From a virus (Duplodnaviria > Heunggongvirae > Uroviricota > Caudoviricetes), in the IMG/VR virus record IMGVR_UViG_2690316166_000005: 6,277 nucleotides of DNA. One strand, 5' to 3'. This document shows, piece after piece, positions 6,166 to 6,277 of this stretch. Position 1 is the stretch's first letter; each line of letters starts with the position of its first letter. The position numbers and the translations under genes were made by a program. The notes beneath the pieces were generated by a model. That model worked only from the letters and a program-made list of their open reading frames with translations, searched no databases and was not told where the DNA came from.

Positions 6166-6277
6166 GTCTAGTTCCCTTAACAAGTGTTAAAAATTGAAGC
6201 GGATAGCATACCGCATAGATCATGAAAAATGCCATCATGTGCATGGTGCGTATTCCGCTCTATTCGATCACGGATTG

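Noticed and set aside
6166-6183. TTG at 6183 as the DUF262 start
   Set aside because: The in-frame ATG at 6165 is preceded by an AAGGGAA SD at correct spacing; the TTG has no SD within the window.
1-6277. CRISPR array, tRNA/attachment site, IS element or transposase
   Set aside because: No regularly spaced direct repeats, no tRNA-like cloverleaf-forming segment, and no transposase or integrase-like ORF were recognised in the window; the cargo is more consistent with a phage-internal hotspot than with an independent mobile element.

Overview
The window spans the junction between the early/replication region of a P2-like temperate phage (probably a prophage in an enterobacterium) and an AT-rich cargo island immediately downstream of the replication gene. 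Positions 1-3202 carry a rightward, tightly coupled operon: the tail of an upstream ORF, three small ORFs (one a clear TraR/DksA-type C4 zinc-finger protein) and a ~765 aa rolling-circle replication initiator of the P2 gpA type, with an HUH motif and a phiX174-like YxxKY tyrosine pair. Directly after the gpA stop the composition becomes visibly AT-rich. This part encodes a canonical DNA cytosine-5 methyltransferase on the + strand and, convergent to it, a translationally coupled two-gene operon on the - strand: a DUF262 (ParB/GmrS-like) protein followed by a small HEPN protein with an Rx4H motif. The location matches the known variable defence hotspot downstream of gene A in P2-like phages (the tin/old position). 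I interpret the DUF262-HEPN pair, possibly together with the methyltransferase, as a candidate anti-phage defence or restriction-like system that may be uncharacterised. All domain assignments are from motifs read by eye; no database search was run, so novelty is not established. No tRNA, rRNA, CRISPR array, transposase or attachment site was seen.
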